64,000 nucleotides of DNA from Rhynchopus sp. YZ270_cl-10 (taxonomy: Eukaryota), in NCBI GenBank assembly GCA_964035575.1, contig OZ037843.1, forward strand, positions 1,302,001-1,366,000, written 5' to 3'. The notes beneath the pieces are model-generated. The model was not told the DNA's origin. It worked only from the letters and a program-made list of their open reading frames with translations, and made no database searches. This document shows positions 34,361-46,463 of the stretch, piece by piece. How positions within the stretch are numbered: position 1 is the stretch's first letter; each line of letters starts with the position of its first letter. A program made the position numbers and the translations under genes.

Positions 34361-34413
34361 CACGGTGGAGTCCGTTCAAAAGGGTACGCCCATTTTGGGC
34401 GGAGTCCACCGTG
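34361..34413. mobile_element. 53-bp CACGG-terminal hairpin / micro-MITE
   Basis: cacggtggagtccgttcaaaa-ggg-tacg-ccc-attttgggcggagtccaccgtg, imperfect palindrome. Confidence 0.5.
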
Positions 34414-34434
34414 CAAAAGGAAAATAGTTTAGTA

Positions 34435-34650
34435 TAGTGGAGCACACTCTAGGCATAGTGTGCAGACGAACAAAATGTTCGTCGATGTTCGTCGTGGGGG
34501 GGGGGGGGGGGGAAATTGTTCGTCGATGTTCGTCGTTGTTCGTCGTGGGTTGCCCTTGTGGCACGAACAAAACCGACGAACATTTTGTTCGTCGACGAAC
34601 CGCCCACCAAAAATGTTCGTCTGCACACTATGTCTAGGGTGGCTACACTA
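34435..34650. mobile_element. MITE with TGTTCGTCG repeats
   Basis: Imperfect ~37-bp TIR with core ctaggcatagtgtgcagacgaaca/tgttcgtctgcacactatgtctag; absent from the homologous spacer at ~6520-6560. Confidence 0.8.
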
Positions 34651-36520
34651 ATACAACCAAGTTTTCAAAAAGAAAAGAAACTATAGCAAACTACGCTTCT
34701 CTCTGTAGGTGGGTAGGTGCTATGCAATGCCCCCTTTTTTCCTCCCTTCCTTTTAGTTGAGTTCAGGTATTCCTTTTAGATGTGTGTACGAAAGGCACAT
34801 TCGCGTTACAAGTTTTTTGTTGTTGACAAAAATATGGACCAAACCACGCAAAGAAGCTGTTTATTTCAGAAACCACGAAATGGATGTAGGACTGCATAGT
34901 TGGGTGAGCAGGCTGTTGTATTTCAGACCAACTTTCACAGTCACGTGCCGAAGTGCTCCCGCCAGAGGTGTGAGTGAGAGTCACACTTTGTGTGGGGTTT
35001 TGGTTCATATTATCTCATTGTCAAGAGCCTCGGGGAGGTGTCCAGTTTTCTTTATTTGTAAATCTGTGAACGATTCCCTTTGAGGACAGGTCAGTGTGGT
35101 GGGACACTCAGCAGCTAGCATGTCGAGTGAGGGCGCAACACTTCTTCACGAACATGTCCTCATGTGTGCAAGTGATGTCAAAGTGCGATGATGACTCATG
35201 GCACCACTGCAGCATTGCTTACACACACAGCTGTGGTGATCTCTTGGAGGGTCTTTGTCAGCACTCTTTTAAGTTTCTGTATTGTATTTTTTATTTTTTT
35301 TTGCAATCTAACTCACGGGGTTCTTGTTCTTGTTCTTCTTGTTGTTTTCTGGTCAAGATCTTTGACGAATGTTTTCTTTTTTTTTCCAGCCACACCATTT
35401 TTTTGAAAACTTGGTCATTTTTATTTCTTTGTTTGAGTTTCTGGAGTCAGGCCAGCTTATTGCACACAGGAGAGCTGCCACATCCAGGGGTGAGATGTGC
35501 TGCCTGTAATGACTTCTCGAGTCCGCCTAAGCACTTCGCGGTAGCCCCAAGGGAAGACACCCTTCTTCAGAAGCCAGGTAGAGAATGCTGCCCCCCACCT
35601 ACCCCCTCTACACTGTCCGCGTAGATCCCCCCCATTACGCAAGGAGTCATCATGATGCCACAAGGCAAGTCGCTCCCCCAAAGCGATGGCATTGGATGGC
35701 ATGTGCACGTTTAGGAACTGAGCCACGATAGCCCTGAGGGTCCCAGATATGCACCCACGGTTGCTATCGTGCAAAATCTTAGTTGTTATTTTTTTTTTGA
35801 CAAAAAGTCTGGGGTACAAAAAAGGTCGCGTGATTCGCCGAGCGGTTGTGAACCGCCTCCGTTCTCTTACGGTACGGACCCACTCACGTCCCCACCCTTT
35901 GCATGAGCTCGGCTGAGATGTGTTGTAGCACGTTTCAGCTACTTTTTGTTTGTATGTTGTACAAGAACTTCTTTTTTCATCTTTTTTATTTTATCCTTCT
36001 GAACTTTGAAGGAACTCTCCCCAGCCTTGGTTGTCATGATTTTTTTTCTCTCTCTCTCTCTCTCTTTTTTGTTGTTGTGTGTGCGTTTCACCACAACCTC
36101 TCCCAGTGCCTTTTTTTTTTATGTGATGGGTGTTAAGTTTCTATTTTTTTTTTGTGTTTTCAGGACAAACACTTTGTGGCAATTCAAATGTCTTGAGACT
36201 TTGTGTTTCCCCCCCCTTTGTTCTGCTGTTCTTCACCCTCTGTACTTCGTCGGTTTGCACTCACCTCATTTCTGTATTCAGGCGAAGGGTGTTTTCTTTC
36301 GACATCCATGCGAGCAACTTATTTGGTTTCCTTTGTGTCACAATCTGTTTGGGTATTGGTGATGGCATCTGGGGCTAGCATGCACTACGTAGTTCAGTCG
36401 GGCAGGTCTGACTCTGACTGAGTGCATTTTCTATTGTGCTTTCATCCGGACGGCTGGCAGCGTACAGTGGGTCAGTCGGAGGTGCCTGCATCAATAACCT
36501 ACCGTTTTTACTTTCTTTGT

Positions 36521-37250
36521 GGGAAATATCTCACAGCTTTTTACTTTTATTTTAGAGCGTTCAAAAAAAAAAAATAAAAAAAAAATAAAAGATTTTATTT
36601 GCTTTTCAAAACAAAACAAAAAAAACAGGATATTGTCTCGAGAATTACTGGTTATATTGTGGACAATATCAATAAACAAAAAAAAAGAGAACATTGCTTT
36701 TTCCCCAAAAAAAACCTGGAAAAACAAAGAAGAAGTCAATTTGATAAAACTATAGTCCAAACATCCCGCCTCACCCCCATCCCTCCCATCCCTCCCAACC
36801 CGTGTTTGTGTTTCTCTCAATATTTTAAACCCTTGCTCCTACTGATGAGTTTGCTGCCGCAGGGTTTTTGTCGAGGTGGTCTAGGAGCAGGCAGCTCGAA
36901 ACCACTAAAACGAGTGTCAGCCCAGAATCTGTATTTATATGGATAATGCTACATTTAATGGAGAGGTAAAATGTACTGGCTGTATCCATCTCCTTTTTAT
37001 TGTCAGCCCATATAATCCGTACCAACGAGGATAATGCTATTTTTAAGAGGTAAATTTTACTGGCTGTAACCTCACGGACTTTTATTAATGGGTACATGAA
37101 ACTTTCTTTTCCAAAAAAAAAACATAAAAAAACGAGTCACGTCACTATCAGAAACAAACAATCCACATAAAGTAAAAAAAAAAAGTTTGGGTACATTTAG
37201 TGCACCCTATTATACCATCTATTCAGTAGAATAGTTAGTATATGAAACAA
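36521..37250. mobile_element. Insertion with 9-bp TSD and no evident TIR (possible non-TIR MULE or retroposon)
   Basis: tttctttgt at 36512-36520 and 37251-37259; empty site ctttctttgtgtccacattg at 14001-14020. Confidence 0.7.
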
Positions 37251-37289
37251 TTTCTTTGTGTCCACATTGTTTATTTTTCTTTCCTCTTA

Positions 37290-37678
37290 CAGTCATCCAA
37301 CAAACGTTGGTGGGTAAAAACGTTGGTGGATTTGGGGTCTCGAAAAAAATTGGTGGGTTTTTTGGATTAGAACTGCATTTTTGAGTTTCCTTTACGTGGA
37401 CCCCTATGCCCCTATGCCCCTATGCCCCTCCTCTCCTCCCCTGTCCACCCACAAACCCGGTCCAGATTGAAAAAATAATACCGCAAAAGTAAAAAAAGAT
37501 GCCCCCATATACAAAACCTGCCGCAGGTTTACACCGTCAATGTTGCACTTTTGGGTTTGCGGGTACATGGTAAACACAGGTTAGAAACCACTAAGGTTGG
37601 TGGGTAAAAAGGTTGGTGGGTTTGGGGTCTCGAAAAAATTTGGTGGGTTTTACCCCACCAACCTTTGTTGGATGACTG
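37290..37678. mobile_element. Tc1/mariner-like MITE
   Basis: TA|cagtcatccaacaaa.gttggtggg ... cccaccaac.tttgttggatgactg|TA; single TA at the empty site ~14040. Confidence 0.88.
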
Positions 37679-37909
37679 TATGTTTCAACTTCTTTTTTCT
37701 CTGAAACTCTCCATTTACTTTTTACATCTCTCAAAAAATAACCTTCATTTGTCTGTAAAGACATACACTCCTCATCTATTTTTCCACTTTTGATTTCCTC
37801 TCGGTTCTTGTGCTCAGCATGGTGTTGGATTGCAAACTTTTGTGAGTAATTTGTTGATAATGCCATAACACCTCTGATCGTACTGGTGTGCAAAAACAAC
37901 AAGATATGG

Positions 37910-38294
37910 TGTGTTCCGGGGTATGGGATTTTACACATCTACAAATTTTCACAAATTTTCACAACATAATTTTGGCCATATTTTTGTGAAGAATTGTGAA
38001 TAGTTGTGAAACGTTGTGAAGAGTTGTGAATTGAAATGAAAAAAACACCGACGTTGTGAAGATTTGTGAAGAGTTGTGAATTGGGAAAACCCCCCCTTTT
38101 TCTCTCCAATTCACAACTCTTCACAACTCTTCACAACGTCTGTGTTTTTTTCATCCAAATTTTCATTTCAATTCACAACTTTTCACAACTATTCACAACT
38201 CTTCACAATTCTTCACAAAAATATGGCCAAAATTATGTTGTGAAAATTTGTGAAGAGTTGTGAAGATGTGTAAAATCCCATACCCCGGAACACA
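37910..38294. mobile_element. Foldback MITE with TTGTGAAGAG repeats
   Basis: tgtgttccggggtatgggattttacacatct... and its inverse, arms >100 bp; TSD unresolved. Confidence 0.85.
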
Positions 38295-38647
38295 ACAAGA
38301 CAACAAAAACCCCACCTGTTTTACAAGAATACGGCCCTGTCTGTGCTTTCCACTTATAGCCTTGACCACACTCTGACGCAGGGATAATGCCTGACCAAAC
38401 CTATCTCACCCGGGCCTAAATACCCTGGACATCCAATGATCCCCGTTCGTTACCTGACGAGTGGAGGCGGGAGCAGGACGTAGTAGCGGTATCCACGAAA
38501 CGAGAGATAGGTGAGGAAAGGCAGCGTGGAGTTCACACGAGAAAGCGAGGTGTCTACACGTCATCAATTTTTCAAAAAAAAAAAAAAAAAAAGCAAAATG
38601 CTAATGTGTCACGCTGAAGAATGCATAGAAAAAAATAAATAAAGAAA

Positions 38648-40834
38648 GAGAAAAGTTCGATTTCGGCCTCGAAAATTACCGTGACACCGATTTGTCACGG
38701 AATTTTGTCACGGAATTTTTTTGAAAGATTCGATTTCGTGACAAAAAAAAATCGATTTCGTGACAAACCAATTTTTTCATTGACAAAAAAAAATTCGATT
38801 TCGTGACAAATCCAAAAATTCAGTGACAAAAAAATGTCAATGAAAAAATGGATTTTGTCAAGGAAACCGAACTTTTTGTCAAGGAAAAAGTCGTGACAGA
38901 AATGGATTTTGTCAAGGAAACCAAACTTTTTGTCACGGAAAAAGTCGTGACAGGGCACTGGGTACTGGGTACACTGGATACAAGGATAAAAGTCGTGAAA
39001 GAGCAACCACAGCTCCACATGACAAACACAAAAGTGTCCAGTCACGTGGGGCATTCATGCACTGAGGAGATAATGATCCAACAATTTACAAGAAAGATTA
39101 CTTAACCTACTGCTGGAAATTGCCAGGTCGTAGTAACACACAAAGTGTGCCTCCGTTCGGGAAGACCGGATATTCTAGAGACCAAAAAGGCCTCAAGAAT
39201 ATCTTCCGGTAGTCAAGGTATAACCGAATGAACGGCCCAAGACCCCCGTGGAGAAGTTAAATGTGTAATGCTATCAGGTAGAAACTGCGAACACTGTCTT
39301 ACCCTCCTCAATGCATGGTGGAAGATGTCTTTACAACAAATATCCTGTACCCAGGTACCAGGTTCCCAGACCCACGTAGTACCACGTCGCAGTACTACGC
39401 AAAATTTACCACCAGACCCTGTCTTCGTGCACCTGAAGTACAACGCCGCAGACAGGCCAAACATGCGTTGGACTCAGAGGAATGCCTGCTGTGCAGTGTA
39501 TCAATGAGAACCAACTCCCAGCAACAAGGGGCGCCTTTTGGCGGGCGTTGTTGAGGGTGTTTGGGGTGCAAAGTTTTCCACAATTTTGATGCGCGGGTAC
39601 AGAAGTGTTATCTTGTTCTTTCATCTCTAGGAATGTAAATGTCAATCGCGTTTAACTACCACTAGGGCTTGTTCAGTGAACCCACGAGGGGTCGAAGGGG
39701 GTTGGTTATCCCGTATCTATCAAAGGTTGTGTCGACCAGGCTAAACCACTATGTTACGCTGTACGTTGTTAAATCCGAAGAAATAACACTTTAGCAGCCG
39801 CAGGAAGTTTGCTAAAAAGAGTGCCTCACGCTACACAAACCACCACCCGCGATTGACTTAGATGTTATAACAAAGAGAATTCAGAACAAAACAACACCCT
39901 GCCCCATACACACTAAATTGTCATGCTTCAAGAGCATGCCTGGGCCAAAATTACTATGACGAAAAGGCAACAAGACCACCCACAAGGAGTGTGAATTGTG
40001 CACTGGTTTTCTGGGGGAACAAACAATATTTTCTTGTGTCTAGTCCTCCGGAAGCAGAGGACAGACTTTCCGGAAGGTTTCCAAAGTCGAATTTCTTGCA
40101 CTAGCTATGCTCCCTGGTTAATGGCTATAGCAGTGACTGACAAAGTGTTCCCACCCCCCTTTCCACCACCATAATAACCGAACTCTGCTTATCAAACCAC
40201 AATCTGAATCTGCTTCCGTCGCATGCGCTGGTGGATTCGATCTGTTTTGGTGTGTGTAATGGAATGTATGGGTGAGGGTTGGGGTATTAGGTATAGAAAC
40301 TTGCGCACCCATTAATTTTTTACCGAATGAAAATGAAATCTGCAATGAGTGTCTGCTGCATATCATTTAGTGGGGCTGGCCTCTGGCCAGAGGCGTGCAA
40401 GCCTGACCGTGTTCGCGATATACTAAGTCTTGCATAATCATAAAGTTATCATACCTTGTGTCTTCAGTCTCTGCCCTTAGGTTTCTAGACAGCTCAAGAA
40501 TGGCCTCTTTTGTGTTTGTCAAGTGGCTGTCTGGTCACTTTTCAGTGACTGGCGGGTTGGCTGTCACGACTTTTTCCTTGACAAAATCCATTTTTTTCAA
40601 TGACATTTTTTTGTCAATGAAAAAATGGATTTGTCACGAAATCGAATTTTTTTTTGTCAATGAAAAAAGTCATTTGTCACTAAATTGAATTTTGTGTGTC
40701 AATGAAAAAATCGGCTTGTCACGAAATCGAACTTTTTTTGTCACGAAATCGAATCTTTCAAAAAAATTCCGTGACAAAGTACCGTGACAAATCGGTGTCA
40801 CGGGTATTTTCGAGGCCGAAATCGAACTTTTCTC
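38648..40834. mobile_element. Mutator-like (Pack-MULE-type) element, ~300-bp repeat-rich TIRs, 9-bp TSD
   Basis: ataaagaaa|gagaaaagttcgatttcggcctcgaaaat ... attttcgaggccgaaatcgaacttttctc|ataaagaaa; empty site at ~29325-29350. Confidence 0.9.
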
Positions 40835-41895
40835 ATAAAGAAATAACTCACGTTCCATCACACCGTTCGTGTATGCCATTTTCTTCGTATTTTCCTTTCT
40901 TTCCCCTTTTTTCTTTTGTTTTTTTTACCATCATTCATACAGGGTAATCTGGCCGATGCCAGACTTTTGATAATCCTGAATTTTCTTGACTTTTCTTGAC
41001 TTTCAGAAGTCAGGAAAAAATCAAGAAAAAGTCAAAACATATCCTTTTCTTGACTTTTTGAGACTTTGAAAAGTTCGACTTTCCTTTCGTCTTGTCGTAA
41101 CACATCATTCACAAACAGAATGAAGAGACACAAATAGTGTCATCTTTGTGATGAAAGTATGTTGGTGATCACGTGTTGTGGTCACATCCTTTTTGTGTTA
41201 TTTTTGGACCCCAGATATAAAAAGTACCAAGTACGCAACAACTACGCAATATAGGGTCGTCAGGAGCACCAATTTTGTGAATTTTTGTGGTTCCCTACCC
41301 CGGGGTAGGGACCCCCGCTCAGGTCACCCCTCTCCACATCATTTTTTTTTCTCTTTGTGTTTACTTTTTACTTTTTTACTTGTGTAACGGAAGCACCTGG
41401 AACTCACTGCTTTCGATCGTTTTCAGCTCTAATACTCTATCATCAATTTATACAAGACTGTTTTTACGTCGAAGGTAAAAGAAAACAGACCACATGTTGT
41501 CAGAAATAGGCACACCTCACCCCCCTCCGTTTTCGCTTCTCTGTGCTTCACATCACGCCTCAAATATCCCTCACACTGCGTGGGGAAGTACAGAAGCGTG
41601 CTCTGTGAGTCTCCTATGGTACATTGAAGTGGCCGTTGGATTACCGTTGGGTTGGTCACTGTATCCCCAGCCTGTGCGGATGAGTCACACAGTACACAGC
41701 AAAGTAGGTGGGTACGTGCCGCCAATACGACGTGACGTCCTACATTAGCCTTCGTCCCCAAAACTGCATACTGTACGGAAAGCAACAAAGACCTCCTCTT
41801 TGGCGCGTCCACAGCATCGTGTGTCACCAAGGCTCACATACACAGCATCCATTGCCTTGTCTTGCATCCCGTCTGTCCCCACACCACACCACACA

Positions 41896-42390
41896 CCGTC
41901 CTGGGCTGGACGTTAAATAGCATCCGGGGGAAATTACACCTAGTGTGACGCCTCCTGAAGTTCTATGACGGTTTACCTGAGGATGGAAAGTAGGGGCAGC
42001 AGCTCCGGAATGCCAAGACTAGAGCCCTTGGCATGGTGATGGACCCAGGTGAGTGACGTCACCTCCTCTTCAGCGAGTTGGGGGTCGCAAGGAGCGTTTT
42101 GATCCTCACTCCCCCCGTTGGTATATGATGAGGAACAATTCTAAAGTACACACCTACCCTAGCCACTTCCTCAGTGGCACAAACTGTTCGAGATGGTCAC
42201 AGGCGCACTGATTTTCCGAAAGTTGGAATCTCAGACAAAACGTCGTCATACCGCCATAAACACAGGCTTGGCGATACCTGATAGTAGGCAGGGGGGCACT
42301 GCCTTCCGACGTCGGTAGTTTGTGGCTAAACTTTGTACGTGCGGCCTTGATTTGATTAGCACGAATGACTTTTGGGGGGAACTGATATCA
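41896..42390 (+). mobile_element. Short non-coding retroposon (SINE-like), 13-bp TSD
   Basis: accacaccacaca at 41883-41895 and 42391-42403; no TIRs; empty sites upstream of gene copies 1, 2 and 4. Orientation is tentative. Confidence 0.8.
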
Positions 42391-42443
42391 ACCACACCAC
42401 ACATCCCCAGACACTCTCTTCCCTTTCTGTACACCTCAGAACA

Positions 42444-45074
42444 ATGGTGTCATGCGGGATCCAGTCGCTGACAATGCTGCTGTGTGTGGTGCTGATTCTG
42501 TCGACAGGTGCGATCATCGGTGGCTTCACTCTGTCAACATGGGACGACCTTCTGGAGAAGGCACGTGACACAGGTGACGAGGGCTTCGGGATGTGTCTCG
42601 ACAGTGGTACGGCGGACATCGAAACGGTCTCGGCACGCTACCTGCGTTCTGTTCTTGGCAACGTGGACACAGCAGTGAAGGAGTACCTGAAGGTGCCTGA
42701 GCAGCTCGTGATGTCTATTGCCAACCTGGCACAGGCACACCACCCAAACATCAGCACGAACCCTGCCTTTGCAGCTTCCCATTTGCGTCCTGCAGTCATG
42801 TCTGCCTATCTGGCTGGGATGGCGTCTGGAATTCTACGCTTCGGTCACGAAGCGTACCCGTGGTGTGCGGCACATCCTATTCCGTGGAAGAGGGGTGACG
42901 GGTTTGCTGGGTGGGGCTCACGGCTTGGATATAGGACATTGTATACTGGGAGCGCTCCCCTAGCGGCAAATGATACCAGATTTATCGTGCTGTATTCAAC
43001 ACGTGACCCCTTTACGCTGGCAGATGGACTTTCCGACTATACTGTCCTTACAGAAAGCAACAAGCTGGGTGACATCAGAGACCCTTCACAGCCGTGTAAC
43101 CCGCAACCTGACCAGAACAAAGGCGAGATGATTGGACTGTGCATATTCCCCATCTCTATTGTCGAACCCCTGGGCGACCCGATGGCTGCCCAACGTGAGA
43201 GACAGATGTGGTACCTGGGTGCCGACGATCCACCACTCAACCCTGTGGACACTCTTGTTTATTCCAGCATGCAGGTGCAGTGGGACTACATGTCCTGGGA
43301 GCTGAGCTACACCTACACCCACCCAGATATGTACACGATGTACCCCAAGCAGGGCAAGCGTGTGGGTTCAGTGGTTGCCACCGTGACTGCGAAAGGGGTC
43401 TCTGACGTGGTGCGTGCACAGCTGCTCCCGAAGGACACTTCGTTGTACCTGGTGGATGACGATCGTGCATCTGGATCAGTGGGGACAGTTGTGGCGTATA
43501 ACAGAGGACGGCACGTGACGCACATGAGAACCCTGAGAGACGTCGGTGCCTACGTGGAAGTTGCGTACAGCATCAACATAACGAACCACTCGATGGAAGA
43601 CGCGACGTCGCACATCCCCTCAGTGATTGCAGAGCACGGACGGTTTGTGTTCACACACCCGCAGAACTACAGAGACCTTGTGGAGAAGACAGAGGACTCC
43701 TTCCTGAAGTGGTCTGACTCGAACGGCACGGAGTTCTGGACAGTCACGTCGACAATTGAACACAGAACAATCCTGTGGTATTCAACCCTTCTTGTGCCGA
43801 GGACGTCTGTGATGGATACGATTGATGCGTCGACGAATGCAATCCGTGCGAAGGTGGCATCAGATCTGTCCTCTGCAGACGCACAGAAGGAGGATGCGGT
43901 GACTGTGATGGTGATTGTGACGGCTGTTGCGGTGATAGGACTTCTTGCCATTGCTGTTGTGTTCACACGCTACATCACGTCACCTCTGCTGAAGCTTGGG
44001 AGAGAGATGGCAAGTGTGGCTGTGATGGACCTGGAGGCTGTGGACACGGGCCGTGCAGTGTCGCAGCTGAGTGAAGTGGGGATGATGCAGCGCAGCTTTG
44101 TTACCATGGTGGCGAACCTGGTGGAGTACCGGAACTACATGCCGCAGAGTGTGCTTGTCAACGAGAGTGAGGAGGAGGAAGAACCCACAGAATCAGCCGA
44201 GTCCACGCGGAAGTCGGGAACAAAAGGTGGGTCTGGTGACTCATCCCGTTCGGAGTCGTCGATGGCGCACAGCTCAGAGGTGGTGCAGAACCAGAAGGCA
44301 CTGCTGCGTGTGGAAGGGATGAAGAAGAAGAAGGTGTCGCTGGCACACATGAACGTCGTGTCGTGGCACGCCTTCTGCAAGAAGCGCAAGGACGCAGAGG
44401 TGCTCTCCGCACACGCAGGTGTGATTGAGAGGATCCTGACAGCAGTGCAGCACAACAAGGGTGTGTGCGACACGTTTGCTGGCGACAAGATGCTTGCCAC
44501 CTTCAACGCCTTTGTTCCGAAGTCGTCACACAGTGTTTCCTGTGTGAAGGCTGCACACGAAGCAGCAACAGCACTTGGTGATGTGCACACGATCTCGTAT
44601 GGGTGCACGACAGGCGAGGCACGTGTCGGGAACATGGGTTGCAACGGGATGAAGAAGGTGTCGATTCTTTCGCAGTCCATGTCGTGGGTGGTTGTGCTTG
44701 AGCGTTGGAACAAGAAGGAGAAGCTGAACGGTGTCATTGACCGCAACGTGTCACGTGAGACAGAGGGACAGGTGGTGCTCCGTTGTGCAGGTGCTGTGCT
44801 GTTCGAGAAGTTCAGTGAGAAGGTGCAGACTGTATTTGCTGTGAAGGGTCTGTGCAGCAGCGAAAACGAGGAGTGGATGTACCAGCTGGAGTCTGCCTCA
44901 AACAACCCGCACGCACTGTGGAACGAGGTCTTCGAGCACATCATCAGACAGGACTTTGAGAAGGCGTCTTCTCTGCTGGACAGCGTCGCTCAGGACCAAC
45001 GCACACCTTACGAAGAGCTTGTGGGCTATGTGGAGGCGAAGGCTTATGCACCGTTCGTTGTGAAAATGCACTGA
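42444..45074 (+). CDS. Receptor-type cyclase-like protein, copy 3, 876 aa
   Basis: Intact paralog; the HAMP-cyclase linker differs (ESEEEEEPTESAESTRKSG...). Confidence 0.9.
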   Translation: MVSCGIQSLTMLLCVVLILSTGAIIGGFTLSTWDDLLEKARDTGDEGFGMCLDSGTADIETVSARYLRSVLGNVDTAVKEYLKVPEQLVMSIANLAQAHHPNISTNPAFAASHLRPAVMSAYLAGMASGILRFGHEAYPWCAAHPIPWKRGDGFAGWGSRLGYRTLYTGSAPLAANDTRFIVLYSTRDPFTLADGLSDYTVLTESNKLGDIRDPSQPCNPQPDQNKGEMIGLCIFPISIVEPLGDPMAAQRERQMWYLGADDPPLNPVDTLVYSSMQVQWDYMSWELSYTYTHPDMYTMYPKQGKRVGSVVATVTAKGVSDVVRAQLLPKDTSLYLVDDDRASGSVGTVVAYNRGRHVTHMRTLRDVGAYVEVAYSINITNHSMEDATSHIPSVIAEHGRFVFTHPQNYRDLVEKTEDSFLKWSDSNGTEFWTVTSTIEHRTILWYSTLLVPRTSVMDTIDASTNAIRAKVASDLSSADAQKEDAVTVMVIVTAVAVIGLLAIAVVFTRYITSPLLKLGREMASVAVMDLEAVDTGRAVSQLSEVGMMQRSFVTMVANLVEYRNYMPQSVLVNESEEEEEPTESAESTRKSGTKGGSGDSSRSESSMAHSSEVVQNQKALLRVEGMKKKKVSLAHMNVVSWHAFCKKRKDAEVLSAHAGVIERILTAVQHNKGVCDTFAGDKMLATFNAFVPKSSHSVSCVKAAHEAATALGDVHTISYGCTTGEARVGNMGCNGMKKVSILSQSMSWVVVLERWNKKEKLNGVIDRNVSRETEGQVVLRCAGAVLFEKFSEKVQTVFAVKGLCSSENEEWMYQLESASNNPHALWNEVFEHIIRQDFEKASSLLDSVAQDQRTPYEELVGYVEAKAYAPFVVKMH

Positions 45075-46463
45075 GTTTGTCTTTCATTGTTATTGTTCTG
45101 TGCAGCGTAATATTGTCACATTCATGTGCACTTATGTTTGTGTCGTGTGTGTTTCCTCTCCATGAAGCGCCAGTGCACACCTCAGATGCACTGTATTCTT
45201 GTTGTATTGTTTTGGGTGGTGTTTCCGTTTGCTCTTTATTTGTTTTTGTACTTTAATTTGCCTTGAGATGTGGGAATGCACGATTGCACCCACACAGATC
45301 AGTGGTCCTCTGTATCTGACACGCCCTGCAGGGTCGTGTGAGTGCCGCAGTGTCACTCCTGGAGAGCCTTCCGCACAGCTGTGGCACTGTGGCAGCGCTC
45401 TGCAGTGTCCTGCTCTCAAGGGTTTTGTTGTTTTCTTCATTAATTGTGCTATATTTGTGTTCTTTGTGTGAAGTGACTTTACAGTCACTGCTGAACAAGG
45501 TAAAACAAAAAGCTGGCTAGAAAAGTTCGAGAGTGTTGGTTTATTTTCGAACAAATTTTATTATCTGACACCCGTACCCAAAACGTAAGCAGCACTTTCA
45601 GTCAGCCCGAGCCGAAGGCGAGGGAAATACGAATCTGAGGGAGCTGGCACCTCGCAAAGAGAAAAATCCTCAATTTCTACCAGGAGTTTGTAATTTTATT
45701 GCCTCAAAATAGTGCCGAAAGCCAAAATCTACTGAATCAATGTCAGGGACGACCTGTCAGCGACCTGTCAATATCGGCCCACCCTGGAGCACCATTTGTG
45801 TTTACTTTTTCCTTTTTACTTGTGTAGCGGAAGCACCTGGAACGCACTGCTTTCCATCGTTTTCAGCTCAAATACTCTATCATCAGTTTATACACGATTG
45901 TTATGTCAAATGTAAAAGAAAACAGACCGCATGCTGTCAGAAAAAGGCACACCTCACCTCACCCCACCCTCCGTTTTCGCTTCTCCGTGCTTCACATCAC
46001 GCCTCGAATATCCCTCACACTGCGTGGGGAAGTACAGAAGCCTCTGACACAGTGTTCTGTGAGTCTCCCATGTACATTGAAGTGGCCTTTGGATCACCGT
46101 TGGGTTGGTCACTGTATCCCCAGCCTGTGCGGATGAGTCACACAGTACACCGCAAAGTAGGTGGGTACGTGCCGCCAATACAACGTGACGTCCTACATTA
46201 GCCCTCGTCACCCAAAACTGCATACTGTACGGAAAGCAACAAAGACCTCCTCTTTGGCGCGTCCACAGCATCGTGTGTCACGTTGTGTACCGTTGGTTGC
46301 CTTCTTCGCTGATGTGCAGGTGCTGACCAGCGATAAGGTATTGCCCAAGGCTCACATACACAGAATCCACCCCACATACTTTTGCCTTGTCTTGCATCCT
46401 GTGTCCCCGCACCACACCACACCTCCCCAGACACTCTCTTCCCTTTCTGTACACCTCAGAACA

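Noticed and set aside
14754..40834. Regularly spaced short repeats resembling CRISPR arrays (14754-15265, 18167-18400, 37910-38294, 38648-38950)
   Set aside because: No unique spacers, repeats invert about the element centre, no cas genes, eukaryotic context: these are subterminal transposon repeats.
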